This document shows positions 26,156 through 40,543 of a stretch of DNA of 64,000 nt, piece by piece (the first letter of the stretch is position 1; each line of letters begins with the position of its first letter). Where the stretch lies: positions 197,780,001 to 197,844,000 of the forward strand of contig OX597815.1 in assembly GCA_951406725.2 (NCBI GenBank). Direction: 5' to 3'. The DNA is from Octopus vulgaris (taxonomy: Eukaryota). The notes beneath the pieces were generated by a model, which worked only from the letters and a program-made list of their open reading frames with translations, did no database searches and had not been told where the DNA came from. A program made the translations under genes and the position numbers.

Positions 26156-27929
26156 ATTAATTTCTACTAAACTTCCCGTGTAGAGCATTAACTCTACTAG
26201 TAGACCTGACCAGGTTGATGTACAAAGATTGAACACAAAACGTCTAGATGTGAAGCGAACTACACTATCTACAACGCTTGATACAGTTGAAGACAGCCAA
26301 TTTCTGAATAACCTTGTCAAGAACTGTCCACTTGATTAATTCAAAAGTTTCAATTTACCAATGGAATAAGCTAATGAGGATCATCAGTGTGGTTGTTTAA
26401 CCTACTAGAGGTAGCAAGCATTTCTCTTTTGAATCAAGTTGAATTGTTTCATAAAGCTTGGCAAAAGTCGTCAACAAATCAACCTGTGCGTAATGCGTTC
26501 AGAGTGAGGGACACACATACCACACACATTTTGAATCCGTGCATTGTTGATGATCTGTGCATTTATAAGCAGCAGTCTTCCATCCTGAGGGCAAACGTTT
26601 GACGACTTCTGTTTCATATATAAGACGGAATATGTTAAGGCAGGAAATCTAATCCTCAAATTTAAGGTTGTTTAGTCGATAAATGTAAATATACTGTTGT
26701 AAGCTGATGGCAAAATAGATTTACGATCTTTTCTATTTGACTGCCTTGTTTCAAATTTGAAAAAGAATTGAATCTTGACAACTTTGGTATATTGATGTAA
26801 TTTTCACACTGCTATTAAGGCCTTATTCACTTGTTCCAAGAAAGTTAGTTAAAAAGTTGCTGGGGTTTAAAATTTGATACTTACCCGCCAGAAAACAGGA
26901 CTTGGAAGCTATCATTCCGTGTGTGTCTGCACGTGTTTTCAACATCGCAACGATTGCAAGTGTTATAAAATCAAACTGTAAACAAATGAAATATTACGCG
27001 CGCCATGCAAGCCCTCAAAATTTTTCATTTTATGGAATTTTCATAAAACTTTTGCGATTTTATATTCTACACACGGATATTCATATGATTATGCAGAATC
27101 AAAAAAAAAAAAAAGAAAAAGAATGTTGATGCGTGATTAAGGGTCTGCTTAACTGTTTAGCACATTTTACAATCACCTCACACATCATGTGTTTTAAGCA
27201 GTTAAGCAGCTTCGCCTGTAACTATGGAAAGAGGTAACTGTATGTCTGTGGCTTTCGATTTCCTAAAATTACCCAAGATTTGCAAATGTTAAAACAAATA
27301 AATCTTCATTTATTGATTTATAGCGAAAATGAATTTCACATCAATAATTGCTATACACAACTACACCAATACACCAAATGTGTAATCAACTGGAACAAAA
27401 TTGAAGAAACTGAAATGTGCTATCCAAAGATACAACGTCCTACTTTCAAAATCTTGTAATAACTGAGTATTTATCCGTTGCTCGGATTTGAATTCGTTCC
27501 TCCAATTGTGTGTTGACCAATAATTTGTTCTTCTTTAATGTGACAGAAAGATATACGAGAGGCAGCGGAGGCGTTCTTGGCTTTAAGGTATCACTAAAGG
27601 CGTGGTTGGAGCCCTATCGTAACGTGTTCTTGTACAGGGCTTACAAAAACTGAAGAACCACTGCAATAAGTGTGTCAATCTCAGAGGAGTATAAGTTGAA
27701 TAAGACCATAATAAAATGATCCTCCTGTATTTTCAAATTCAGGAACTTTTACAGTACCCTTTCGTAAAGTTAGTAATAGATTTTTATTGTTATTGATGAG
27801 CACGTCCGTGTTTCTTTTCCAACTTAAATAGATGTTGCTTCTGCTACAGCTAAAACCTGAACAACTACTGCCATCACCATTACCATCACCACCACCATGA
27901 CCACAAATTCCATTGCCACCACCATCAAT

Positions 27930-27930
27930 T

Positions 27931-27978
<48 letters not shown>

Positions 27979-28346
27979 ATATTACTACTACTACTACTAC
28001 CTATTTCTTTACTACCCACAAGGCGCTAAACACAGAACGGACAAACAAGGACAGACACAGAGATTAAGTCGATTACATCGACCCCAGTGCGTGACTGGTA
28101 CTTAATTTATCGACCCCGAAAGGATGAAAGGCAAAGTCGGCCTCGGTGGAATTTGAACTCAGAACGTAACGACAGACGAAATACCACGAAGCATTTCGCC
28201 CGGCGTGCTATTGATTCTGCCAGCGCGCCGCCTTAATACTACTACTACTATCACCACTTTTACTACCACTGCTGCTGCGGCAACTAATACTACTACTACT
28301 ACTAATGCTACTACTACCACCACTACTACTACCACTGCTGCAGCTG

Positions 28347-28404
<58 letters not shown>

Positions 28405-28514
28405 AACTACTACTACAACTAATACTACTATTACTACTACTACTACTACTACTAATACTACTACTACCACCACTACTACTACCACAGCTACTGCTGCTAC
28501 TGCTGCCGCTACTA

Positions 28515-28578
<64 letters not shown>

Positions 28579-28594
28579 TACTACTACTACTACC

Positions 28595-28674
<80 letters not shown>

Positions 28675-28675
28675 A
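27930..28675. repeat. (ACT)n/(ACC)n microsatellite array interrupted by a SINE
   Basis: Direct reading; source of the poly-T/V/L ORFs. Confidence 0.95.
28001..28234 (-). mobile_element. SINE family B, full length, Tx1-like tail
   Basis: tRNA-like head (ggcggcgcgctggcagaatc..gagttcaaattcc B box), core ctttcatcctttcggggtcgataaattaagtaccag, tail ccttgtttgtcc..tctgtgtttagcgccttgtgggtagtaaagaaatag; closely similar to 58341-58571. Confidence 0.9.
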
Positions 28676-29281
28676 TTCAGTATAATAGATTTACGTATAC
28701 AATAAATTTCTGTACGCCTCCAAGTGAAACTTGTGGTAACTTTCCTAGATCATTTATCATTTTTCTACAGTGCTTGATTCACTGCATAATAGACACGAGT
28801 AAAGGCTTATATCTCAGAGAAACATGATTTCATTCCAGTGTCTCGCGTACAAAGAATTTCTAATCACATTTCACTCTGCTCACAGGCTTAAGTCTATTAG
28901 CAAAATAACTTTCAAATAAGCATTTATCTAAAAAGATCCGATATATTTTAGTGAAGAACTTAGCCGCTTTTATTGCATTTCGAAAGATATCTTTTCATTA
29001 AGCATATACTATTGAGAGCATTATGAAGAAATAATACTTATTTGAAAAGTGCTGTTGTTTTAGAAGTTTAAGGAGATCTCATACGTTTTTCTTAGACAGA
29101 AAGCTTCAAATCATAATGGAGGCGTAACGAATAATAAGCGACGTGGGAAAGGTGATTTATTGTAAGACGTGTCATTTACTGAGTCAAAATGTATTACATA
29201 TTGCATGCAAGTTTATGTATTTAAATCTTTACATGTATATAATCAATACAACTATGACATGCATACATACATAATACATAT

Positions 29282-29354
<73 letters not shown>

Positions 29355-29527
29355 AATATATATATATTTTATTATTAATTTATATATATATATATATATA
29401 AATTAATAATAAAATATTAGGGAATAAATCCAAACTTACAAATGAAAAACTTAAGCCAATATATAAGATTAATTAATTTATATTATTTAAAATATATATC
29501 AAAATTATTAAAAAAGATAATGAGTAT

Positions 29528-29595
29528 AATACTACGATCGTTTCATGGATGTCCAATTCGTAATAATTCGAGTTACAGTCAATCTTCAGGTGATT
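29528..29595 (-). ncRNA. Type-I hammerhead ribozyme motif in a PLE-type fragment (29400-29630)
   Basis: AAUCAC-CUGAAGA-imperfect long stem II-GAAA-CGAUCG-UA-GUAUU; palindromic stem III. Confidence 0.6.
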
Positions 29596-29682
29596 GAAAT
29601 ATTTATCTTAGCGAGGTTTAACAATAATATATGTATGTGTGTGTTCCTCCGTCTTCCCTTCTCTGGATCTTTCCTTTTCCTA

Positions 29683-29720
29683 TGTCTCTGACGAAGAGCT
29701 CCGCTCGAAACGTTAAACCC
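29683..29720 (+). ncRNA. Minimal hammerhead-like motif (extra-A variant)
   Basis: CUGACGA-A-GAGC-UCC-GCUC-GAAA-CGUUAAAC. Confidence 0.5.
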
Positions 29721-29733
29721 TCCTCATTCTCTT

Positions 29734-29775
<42 letters not shown>

Positions 29776-29779
<4 letters not shown>

Positions 29780-30364
29780 ACTAATGTAGGATAAAAAATT
29801 TTTTTTTCGAGAAAAAATTTTTATCAATGGCCAGCATATCAAAAAATACCTTTACAGGTTAAATTTATAAATAATTTACAAAATAAGGGCAAAGGAAAAA
29901 TTCTAATGCCACATATGCCGAAAAAAAGACAAAATTGTTAATAACCATTATAATTTATGCGTCTCCAAACAAACCGATACAAATTTCTAAAAAGTCCGTT
30001 ATTACCGTATTGGTCCCAATTTCGGAGTTAATTCATAAGAATTTTCCCCTCTTCAGCGATAAATACGTGAGATATAAGTGAAATACTTACTCATACCCAT
30101 GGAAAAATCAAGCACTAAGTCCTGAGCAAACCTAAGTACCCCAAATATATCTAAAATAGAAAATCTTCGGCACATCTAGAGACACCTGTGATTCGAACCA
30201 GAAACTTTCACAGAGTGAGAGAATCCGGAAGTGAACACTATTAAATTTTTAACTAATGTAGGATGATTTTTTTTCCCGAGACGCATAAATTATAATGGTT
30301 ATTGACAACTTTGCCTTTTTTTCGGCATATTTGGCATTAAAATTTTTCTTTTGCCCTTATTTTG

Positions 30365-30369
<5 letters not shown>
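29776..30369 (-). mobile_element. Non-coding PLE-LTR/retrozyme-like unit inside (TA)n
   Basis: Direct repeat aactaatgtaggat at 29779 and 30251 (472-bp period); ~92-bp inverted repeat 29874-29965 / 30278-30369; internal hammerhead motif. Confidence 0.75.
29997..30067 (-). ncRNA. Type-I hammerhead ribozyme motif
   Basis: CGUAUUUAUCG-CUGAAGA-GGGG-AA-AAUUC-UUAU-GAAUU-AA-CUCC-GAAA-UUGGGACCAA-UA-CGGUAAUAACG; intact core, G10.1-C11.1 pair, AUA triplet. Confidence 0.8.
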
Positions 30370-30406
<37 letters not shown>

Positions 30407-30418
30407 TATATATATGTG

Positions 30419-30449
<31 letters not shown>

Positions 30450-31255
30450 GGGTGTGTGTGTGCACACATATTTGTGAGTATATATGCATGTAGGTATGTA
30501 GACACGAATTAAAACGAACTAAAATGTGCCGTTTCTTGTCATAATACATTAAAAAACGTAACCATATAGAAAGTACGCTCTTTTGATATATATTTATTGG
30601 TCGCAAATACACGAGAGTGCATCAAACGATACATGTGCCTAATAATGTATAGACATGTGTATGCATATATATACATATATATATACATATATATATATAT
30701 ACACACATTTCCAATTTCCAAGTAGAAAACGTATGTGTGTCTGTATATGTTTGTGTGTGAGCATGCACACGCTAATATATTAATAGGCACATGTGGCTGT
30801 TCTGCTATTTTTGACATTCCTCATATGTGTGCATATGAAATTTTGTATGTGGTTGCATTTACAATATTCATGATTGCTCAGTCATTCACAATGTTAAAAT
30901 AATATTCTTTTGTGCTCTAGTCATTCATATATAAAAGGTGATGTTGGAGATAATTTACAAATGGCAGCTATACTGCATAGCGTATGTCGAAAAGCGAATG
31001 CTGAACAGTAAATGTTGAACGTCGTAATTTCAGTAATTGAATCACATATTCCAAAATTAGAAAGAGTTAAAAGCCAAACTGAATCACTAAAATGTTTCGA
31101 AACGATAGTTTAAATTTCTAGGTCATTAGAGTAACGTCACTTCACACGCTCGTCTTCACTTTCTTCGGTATATATTTTTTAAAGAATAAACGTAAGCTCT
31201 GTACAAATGTATCACGCAAATTAATGCACACACTTATACATATATGTATACGTAA

Positions 31256-31332
<77 letters not shown>

Positions 31333-31897
31333 TGTGTGTGTATGTGTGTGTTGTGTGCTTGTGTAGGTATATTAATATATATATATATACACATACCTAT
31401 ACATACATAAATATGCAGGCATACATATATGCTGAGCCTTTGCATATGAAAACGCTGTGTCGCTGATTCTCATCTTGTATCATCGTGGAAGCCTACACTT
31501 GAATATAGCACTTCGTGCCAGTATACATATACGTGTGTATATTATGTTCTGCATTTATCTTCATCTCACTTTTGTACACTGGAGGATATCATATCATACT
31601 CTTCCCCTATTAGTAAAAAAAAAAATCATTAATATTTTTTTATGATTTGCGCATTTTTATTTCCTTCTAGAAGTCGCACAGTTTTTAAAAAATCTAGAAG
31701 AAATAATTCTCATCCTTTTATCTTTAGTGTTATACCATTTCAGATAGAATAATGGAGTACACAACAAAAACAAGAAAAAAAAAGTCATAGAATTGTATTC
31801 GAAATGATATTTCCTATCCTGGATTCGTTTTAACATAACAAAAATACTTTAAAATATATTTCCATGTATATGGATACGTACGTAGATTTATTCATTT

Positions 31898-32147
<250 letters not shown>

Positions 32148-33979
32148 TTTTCCGTGCTGCTTTCCTTTACGATCTGCCTCTTCTTGACATGTAGTTGCAT
32201 ATTCATGAAATAGATGGAGAGATAAAAGAACGCAAGATGTTTTATTTCTAAAATATCTGCAGATATAAGCGTAAATAGAAGATAGTATGTACATATTTAA
32301 TGACTGATGTTTCACTGATTGTATTTTTATGTCTTTCACCTTGCAATCCATTTTGATGAAGGATGGGCGAAAGGTTAGTTGCACATGTAGCAGAATAAGT
32401 ATGCAGATAACATGCATATGGATTCCCAAATGATTAAGCAGGTATATGAAACCGTAGACAGGCAGGTCACTGATAGGAATATATTTGAATGTTCATGTAT
32501 TTTTCGTACTTATTTCCTCTTTTTGTATTTTGACAAGTTTCACTGATATTATTCAAATATATAACTTATCAATTTAAATAATTTGTTTGTTCTTTAGAGT
32601 TCCATGTAGTGTGTTTGTCTGACGAAATATATATCTTAGTGTCAAGTATATTATACTATCAAGTGAACTCTGGCGCCATATTGATATTCATATATTTCAA
32701 TGAAATGATTCCAAATCAGTTCTGAGAACATTCATTTCACCTCTCGAGATCTTGCTTGTCAGAAGAGAGGAAACATTACACACTGAAAGTTTTTCTTAGT
32801 TACTTGAAGACTACGCGTCCACTGAATATATTTTTTCGAAGGAAAATTACATAAAACATCAAAATGCTTCAGTAGTTGTGTTTACATATAAATTTTATTA
32901 GTCATATCATACGCATGATTTTCTCAATATGTATGAAAATCCATTTAGTTATGAACTAAACAATAACCTATCCTTAATAGCAACCAACCTAATTAGTGTA
33001 ATAATATCACCTTATGTATTTCTGCATGTTGTTGATAGCTCCTGTCTCCCTTTTAAAAATAAAGTAACTCGATTTGAAAGAGATTCGCCTGCTACCTCCA
33101 GTATGATGAACATATATATGAGTGATATTCAAATCTGATGTACACTTTGTCGACAGTTACATAATACAATAATAACCCCAATCTAGCCAAACATTTCTAT
33201 CCAGCTCCTTCTTAAGTGGAGCTGATCTATGACACGCCCTCTAGATATGGAGATATTTTAAAATCACAAATATATATTGTATGTTATTTGACATGCTTGT
33301 ATTCACATACATGGAAAGGGACACTGGTTTATTACTCGTGTATCACTTTTGTTTAAATCATGGAAATTGTCAAGGCAATAATTACTTTCTAATATAATAT
33401 GACTGTCATTTTATCTCTAGATATTAAGCCTATGACATGTCAATTTGGAAAAAAATGTTCGTTGTGATTATCTCCTCTTCTGAAATGGAATTGGTCTAAA
33501 TTGACATTTGTTAATTATGGCAAATATTCTAGAGTTGTAGCTATTTTAGTAAATCATAAATGTTTCTTAAATGTTATTTGATATACCTCTGTATGGCTAT
33601 GTTATACAAATTCATTTCATGCTAAAGAGTTATTTCGAGTAAAGAGGTTATATTTTATATATCGTCATCGTCGAAGTCGTCATTCATTTTTATAAAGAAG
33701 TTTTATCATTATATATATATATATATATATATATAAACCAACAACCTACGAGGTTCAAAACGTTGTGCTGACATCAACCACCAATCTTCTCAGGCGTTTT
33801 TCTCCATTTAGTATATGTGTGCCTTAGGTCTCTGCTTGAGACCCAGCCAAGGACAGCAAATCAATTTAAAAATTCGGGATCTTCATAAACAAGTGTAACT
33901 AATTATAATAATAATGATAATAATTTTCAAAAATATTGTAACAACGTTCCCAAGATAAAGATAGTATCACCGAGCATGA

Positions 33980-34330
33980 AGTTATACCAGAGATCCTAAT
34001 CACAGCGACTGCCAAGGGAACCATTAGGTAGCGACCATCTCTCAATTTTTTCCATGACACAGGAGTAAGCATAAAATAGACTAACCTCTCAACCTCTCAG
34101 CAAATTTCCTAATGTGCAACACCGGCCACTCATCACCCAACCATTTTTTTAAATGGAATGTAAAATGTTTATGGATGCTTGGCGAAAGAAGAAAATGTTT
34201 GTTGTCTGTCCACTTCCCTCACATCCATCACACATCCTGTTTCTGCAAAGGTACGAAGCAGGAAAAAACCGCCTGCTGGAAACAGCAGGCGGTGGTGCAA
34301 TATTTGCTATGGAGAGGTCCGATAGACATA
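33980..34330 (+). mobile_element. Possible degraded LINE fragment (end of AP endonuclease and linker)
   Basis: ccattaggtagcgaccatctc = PLGSDHL (SDH motif); downstream EKTACWKQ; weak support. Confidence 0.35.
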
Positions 34331-34397
34331 CTTCGACATCATTGACAACTCAGACATGTCTGACGCTGTACGTGCGTGTGCATAATATCGGTGTCTA

Positions 34398-34480
34398 TTT
34401 CCGAAGTGCTACGTTATAGGGACGTAAACATAAAAAACACCTGTTGTCAGGGGAGATAATAAGACACAAACACACCCATA
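34398..34480 (-). mobile_element. SINE family A internal fragment
   Basis: ccgaa..gcta.gtta..gggacgtaaaca...gttgtcag is the reverse complement of 40345-40400. Confidence 0.55.
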
Positions 34481-36874
34481 GATAGATAGATAGATAGATA
34501 GATAATGCTGAGACTGAGAACTCCCCATGCTGGTAGTACCCGCAAAATGGGCGGAGAACATAGGGCCGAGAGCACACAAAACAATACAGAGTGGACAAAT
34601 GTAATTTAAGAGGTTGGACAAAGACGAAATGAATAAGAAACGAGCTAAATATAGCCTTAGGGTCAAATAGGCAAGAATAGTGGGTAACGCTTGGAATGTA
34701 TCCTAAGGGATTAGAAAGCAACAAATAGCAATTAAGTACGGGTCAGCGACACAACCGGTGTGAAAAAGGGAAGAAAGAAATGCTGGTCACAGGTTACATG
34801 TCAACAGCAGGCAGAAGACGCAGAGGGCAAGAGAGAGATAGCGACAGAGAGAAAGTAAGTGGAAGAGTGAGGGGGGAAGGAGAAAGGAGGCAGGAGGAAG
34901 GCTAGGAATTGAAGTAAGAGGGTGAGAGAGAGAGAAAGTTCTACAGCGGATAATGTAGTACTAGATATACTATGTAATTTGTAGAATCTGTAAAACAAAA
35001 TTTACGAAAAAACAAAACAAAAAAAAACATGATATACACTCGCAGCGACCTGAATTGGCGATCAAACTTTTGTTTGTTCGGTAATTTATCTGTATCTATT
35101 GTAGAGAAAGAGCAGCAGAAAATAGAAAATATTGTCGGAGATTTTAAGATTCCTGTCTTGTAGCATGTGTAACTAATATTTTCAGTTTTATATTTAAAAA
35201 ATATCGTGATCAGTCAACCATTAATATCTATTGCAGTTTATACCATTACCAGATGCGGAATAGTTTACTTATCTCGCCCATATCTTTATTCTATTGTTAA
35301 TTGATTTCTTCTTATCATAATCATGAGAATTTGCATATCTTTTAAACCGTTCAGAAATTGTTTCTCACAGGAGATATCATACTTAACAACGCCTTTTTTC
35401 TTCGATAAATGTTTTAACGTAATCAGCATTGTCACTATCACCACTCCACTACAACCAACACTACCACTTAAAACGATGTGAGTAACAATAATATTACAAC
35501 CAGTAATAAAGATTTTCTCCTCCTACTTCTTCTCGCCATCCTCCTCCTCATCATCATTATGCTCATCACCATCCTCAGAATTCTCTCAAAACGCCATCGC
35601 TTTTAATATTATGTACCTTTATAGCTTTTCCGTTCTAATTTCTTTTGTTTCATTAAAGAAATATTTTTGTTTTCGTTTTAATTGTTGTTTTTTTTTTCAA
35701 CAAAATTAGATATAACATTTTAAAAATTATTCTTTGTAATCAATCTAAATAATGATTTACTACAATTGTGATAATAAACTGCCCTTGTAATACGGTGTCT
35801 TCGTTCGTTGTGTGATCCAATCAAATGCAACAAAACCGGTAGCATATTCGTAACTACGCTACAAGGATAATTAATTTTCCTATTTTTCCTGCTGATAATA
35901 GCAAGTTACTATTGTACATTTTCTATGCTTCATAACTCTATTCTTTTACAGTTTTTTATTATTGGTATTTTTTTATAAATTAATTTAATCTTTATGTCTT
36001 ATAAATATTCTTTTTTTTTTTTAGGATTTTTATAAAAATGATTCTATTATTAAATGAGTTTTATCATCATTTGATAAAAATAATTAAAAGTTTATCTTTA
36101 CAGTCATTGATTTCCTACCTCATTTAATGACTCTCTTCTTCTGTCGCTATTAGATTCGTTGCTGTTGCTATTGCTGCTCGATGCAAATTTTAGTTTTTCA
36201 TTCAATGTTATTCTTGATTAGTTAATTTTACTGGCGCAGACTCTCTTGATAACGTTAATGCAGCAGTTATTGTTTACGTTGCTGTTGTTGTCGTTGCATG
36301 CAGTTGGAGTTGTTCTTCATACTGTTCTTGCTGATGTTTGTTATAGTTTAAGATTTTGGTGATGGGTTTTCAAACATTGAGTATATTTGTTTTTATATTA
36401 CGCTGGAAATTTTAAATTTCTTCTTTTTTTTTTAAAGCTGAAACGAGTAAGGATCTTAGTTAACATAAAATAGCTTCGACGTTGGTGAGTTTTTACCTGA
36501 AATAATTAGATAGCTGATCGATATTTGCGTCATGGCAGTTATTATTAAACCCTAGAACATTGTTTTCATATAGTTTGAAGTAGCAGTTGAGATTATATTT
36601 TTAGCAGTTGTTATAAATTATTCAAAACTGAAACATATTGCACGCTGCAGGCAAATTACAGAAGCTAACAAAATAAAAAGAAATTAGGATTAGTGTGTTG
36701 TATAATTTTGTGAAATGTAATTTTAGAGACAGCATTTCCCAACGTCAAATAAGCTAACGTAACAATAAATTATATATTCCATTACTAATGTATATTTTAT
36801 TTTCTCCTTGTTTAACTGTTTCGCTAACTCTCCCCGGCTGTAACTTTCTCTCTCTGTCTCTGTCTGTCTGTCTG

Positions 36875-36911
<37 letters not shown>

Positions 36912-38796
36912 CTCTGTCTGTATATACTTTCAAACTTGGAAACCTACACACATATATACTCAAATTTATAATTAGGTGTGCATAAATATGTTTGCAATAT
37001 AATCACATGCTGCATCTTATACTCACATATATACCTATTTGTGTTTTGTCATGTGTACGCTTCTGTGCGTGTTGTATGTATTAACACAGTATCGTGGAAT
37101 GAAGAATAAAAATCAATGCCGTACAATATTACCTTTAATGCAACTTATGTGTGTTTCTGTGGTGCATTAAGTCTGACAACTAATTTTCTGAAGAATTATA
37201 TGTTAAGGTGCCATCATACCCAGTGGACAAATGAAAGTATATTGCATATCACAATTATTTTTTTTGCTGAAATGAAAAATTGAAATATAATTGAAAAGAA
37301 AGATTGTCATAAGGGTTCTAAGCTAATCTCTGGTATAACTAGTACACTGCATGTTCTTCAATTTGCCAATTATTGTCGGTATGTGAATTTATATTAGCAG
37401 GTTTGAGAAAATCTGAAATAAAGGTAATGCTAATAAATTTTTGAGACTAAAAGTCTTCATCATGACTTCAATGTTTTCTAATTTAATCAATACATGTTCC
37501 ATCACGACATATCAATACAAAGTGTAATCAAATAATTATATTTTCTCATATTTCCACGTAATTATGAAGGCGCCAGTATGAGTTTAATAATTAAGAAATG
37601 TCATTTTAGCTAACTATCTACCTATAGAACATACTGCACGACAGAACAAATTATATACCTGTTAGTTTTCTGCTAGCAGAAATTCATTTTTGCACTTTTA
37701 ATGAATTGCAGAACTACAAAAGAGGAAACATACAGAATATGAATGAATTTTCTCTTCACCCCTCGAAGAACATATTCAGAACCACGAGGCAAGACAGAAT
37801 GATTATGATAGTTAATAATTAGAATAGAGAATTTCTAACTGTTCACTACTGACGGTGTAATCAGGACTGAACATAGCTGCATGTACGTATGCTTCTTGCC
37901 TTTTATAGCATTGGTTGGCATCTTTGGTAGATTATAAGTACGATAGTGCCGGACGAATCACAGGATTTTTAAGGGAAAATTTTCAGCAGCTATTTTGCTT
38001 AACTCTTGCTGATCTACGCTTTCCCTGGTAGAATGAATCCACCACTCGTTTCAGAAAAATCACTTATGTGTACAGTCACCGAGTAAACTTTCTGAATTTT
38101 TCTTGATACCTTTGAAGCTATACGAAAATAGTCTATCAGTTTCCAATAATCAGCAATCTGTGAGATTCAGTGTTGGGTAATGTATGCACATGAATGTATG
38201 AGACACATCGTTTCAGTGAGTTGGACAATGTAATAAATATTAACCAACATGGGTGAGTTTCTGTAGGTCAATATACTGTGTGTTATAACGCATAACGAAA
38301 AATAGAGAATATGTATCAATACAATACACTACGTGGTGTAATGCTTAACAAGCTTATTCGATATAATCCACACATCAGCAGGTGTATGTGATATAAGGGT
38401 TAATTACTTTTGCACTATGCTGTGATGCTAATATATAATTTGCAAAAATGAAAGTGTATAACTTGACTATGCTGTATGATGTAATCTATAATTAATAAAC
38501 AATGAGCTGTATCAACCAAGTAAGCTGACTCGTTCAGAATATAATTTACATTGCGTGAGTTATATCTTTTCATTGTGCTATACGGGGAAGTGTCTAATTA
38601 GCAATAAGTGAGGTGTGACGCATCAGATGCCCTGTTGCGTAATGTATAATTATAATTAGATAGGATATACCACTTCAGTTTGCTGTACGATGTCCTGAAT
38701 AATTAATATTGGGTGTGGTGTACCACTTCAATGTATCGTATAATGCATTAAAATGAGTCAAGAGATATCGTTGCGCACAGAACCCTTCTTGTTACC

Positions 38797-38912
38797 ACGG
38801 CCACATCCTAACCCTCACACCACCAACTTGCATTTCCATACACCACAACTACGGCCACATCCTAACCATCACACCGCCAACTTGCATTTCCATACACCAC
38901 AACTACGGCCAC
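38797..38912. repeat. 54-bp minisatellite, ~2.1 copies
   Basis: Unit acggccacatcctaacc(c/a)tcacacc(a/g)ccaacttgcatttccatacaccacaact starts at 38797, 38851 and 38905. Confidence 0.9.
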
Positions 38913-39017
38913 CATACTCGACATCAATAATACGATCACTGCCAACATCACAAGTACTCTACTCATTAGCTACAACCACCACCAACACTATCACCACCAC
39001 CGCCGCTGCAGCGAGTG

Positions 39018-39019
<2 letters not shown>

Positions 39020-39099
<80 letters not shown>

Positions 39100-39102
39100 T
39101 AG
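39020..39102. repeat. (AGT)n microsatellite
   Basis: Direct reading. Confidence 0.95.
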
Positions 39103-40140
39103 TATTCGGCATTATTACTGGACGAAGGATAAACATAAACACGACAAGGAAGACTAAATTTATACTAAATTTCAAGAGTATCCTTTCACTGTTCCTCATG
39201 GAATGAAATTCATGATTACATACATAAATACATACATACATACATATATACGTACATACATATATACATACATACATACGTAAATACATGTAAGGATATG
39301 CATGAGACGAAATACAAAAAACAAAACATACAAATCGGCACGTATACATACATACATTCATATAAAATACTCTCTTGTTGATGTTGAAATTCTAACGAAG
39401 GCGGCTTGGATCTCGGCTAGATACCGACTCTTTCTCTATTGGCAAAAAATCTGGAAATAAAACTCAGTAATCACAAACACATACAGACACACACACACAC
39501 ATAGCATATTATACACGACTTTACGCAAACAGTTGTATAATAACGTTTAAAATGGCTGAATTAAACAGTATTGCAAGCATGACCTCCCACAGAGAGGATC
39601 TAATATCAGTTCACAGCTTTGAAATATGTATTTGAACACTAAATGCAAATTGCATACGCTGTTTCAAAGCCATGAAAGATCTCTTGTTTATCGATGTGTA
39701 TTAAAAAAAAAGTGATAAGTTACCTACTAAAAACAGAATGACTGGTAAGACTAAACCATCGGTTTTACATCATTTATGACCAATTTGCTTGTCATTCTTC
39801 GGTGTTCGCTAAAATAATTATCATGCGTAGCAATCAGGTTCGATATAATCGATGACTGTGAAGAAGTTAAGACAGAAAAGTATATTATTGCTTCGTCACA
39901 TTGTAAACGCAACAGTTAGGTTGACATATATAATGTTTAGAGTTTCTGACATACGTAGTCATTACACGATGCAACAACTGTATTTTAATCTTATATGAAG
40001 CAAGGTAGAGTTTATGAAGCTACACTAAGACATGATAAAGAAAACCAGGCTCTTTATCGTGAATGAGTTTAACGGATCTACATGTAATTGCACGATGACA
40101 AGTATATGCATATTTAAACATATTATCTATTTAAAGTATA

Positions 40141-40502
40141 CAGGCGCAGGAGTGGCTGTGTGGTAAGTAGCTTGCTAACCAGCCACATGGTTCCGGGTTC
40201 AGTCCCACTGCGTGGCATCTTGGGCAAGTGTCTTCTGCTATAGCCCCGGGCCGACCGGAAACTGAAAGAAGCCTGTCGTATATATGTATATATATGTATA
40301 TATGTGTATGTGTGTGTTTGTGTGTGTGTGTTTGTCCCCCTAGCATTGCTTGACAACCGATGCTGGTGTTTTTACGTCCCCGTCACTTAGCGGTTCGGCA
40401 AAAGAGACCGATAGAATAAGTACTGGGCTTACAAAGAATAAGTCCCGACTAAAGGTGGTGTTCCAGCATGGCCGCAGTCAAATGACTGAAACCGGTAAAA
40501 GA

Positions 40503-40510
<8 letters not shown>
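40141..40510 (+). mobile_element. SINE family A, near full length (tRNA head, internal TA/TG microsatellite, core, CR1/L2-type tail)
   Basis: A box tggctgtgtgg, B box ggttcagtccc; tail ggtggtgttccagcatggccgcagtcaaatgactgaaac followed by gtaaaaga repeats and (GA)n. Confidence 0.9.

Positions 40511-40543
<33 letters not shown>

Noticed and set aside
26462-26611. MITE-like short inverted ends (aagtcgtcaa/ttgacgactt)
   Set aside because: Only 10-13 bp, no clear TSD and no second copy in the window.
28159-28705. Poly-Thr (mucin-like), poly-Val and poly-Leu ORFs; similar ORFs at 22.6, 31.9, 39.0, 44.9, 48.3 and 50.5 kb
   Set aside because: Trinucleotide microsatellites open in several frames; some starts lie inside SINEs; no splice or domain context.
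38797-38912. Repeat array considered as CRISPR-like or as a coding repeat
   Set aside because: Contiguous 54-bp units without spacers; animal genome; no supporting gene structure.
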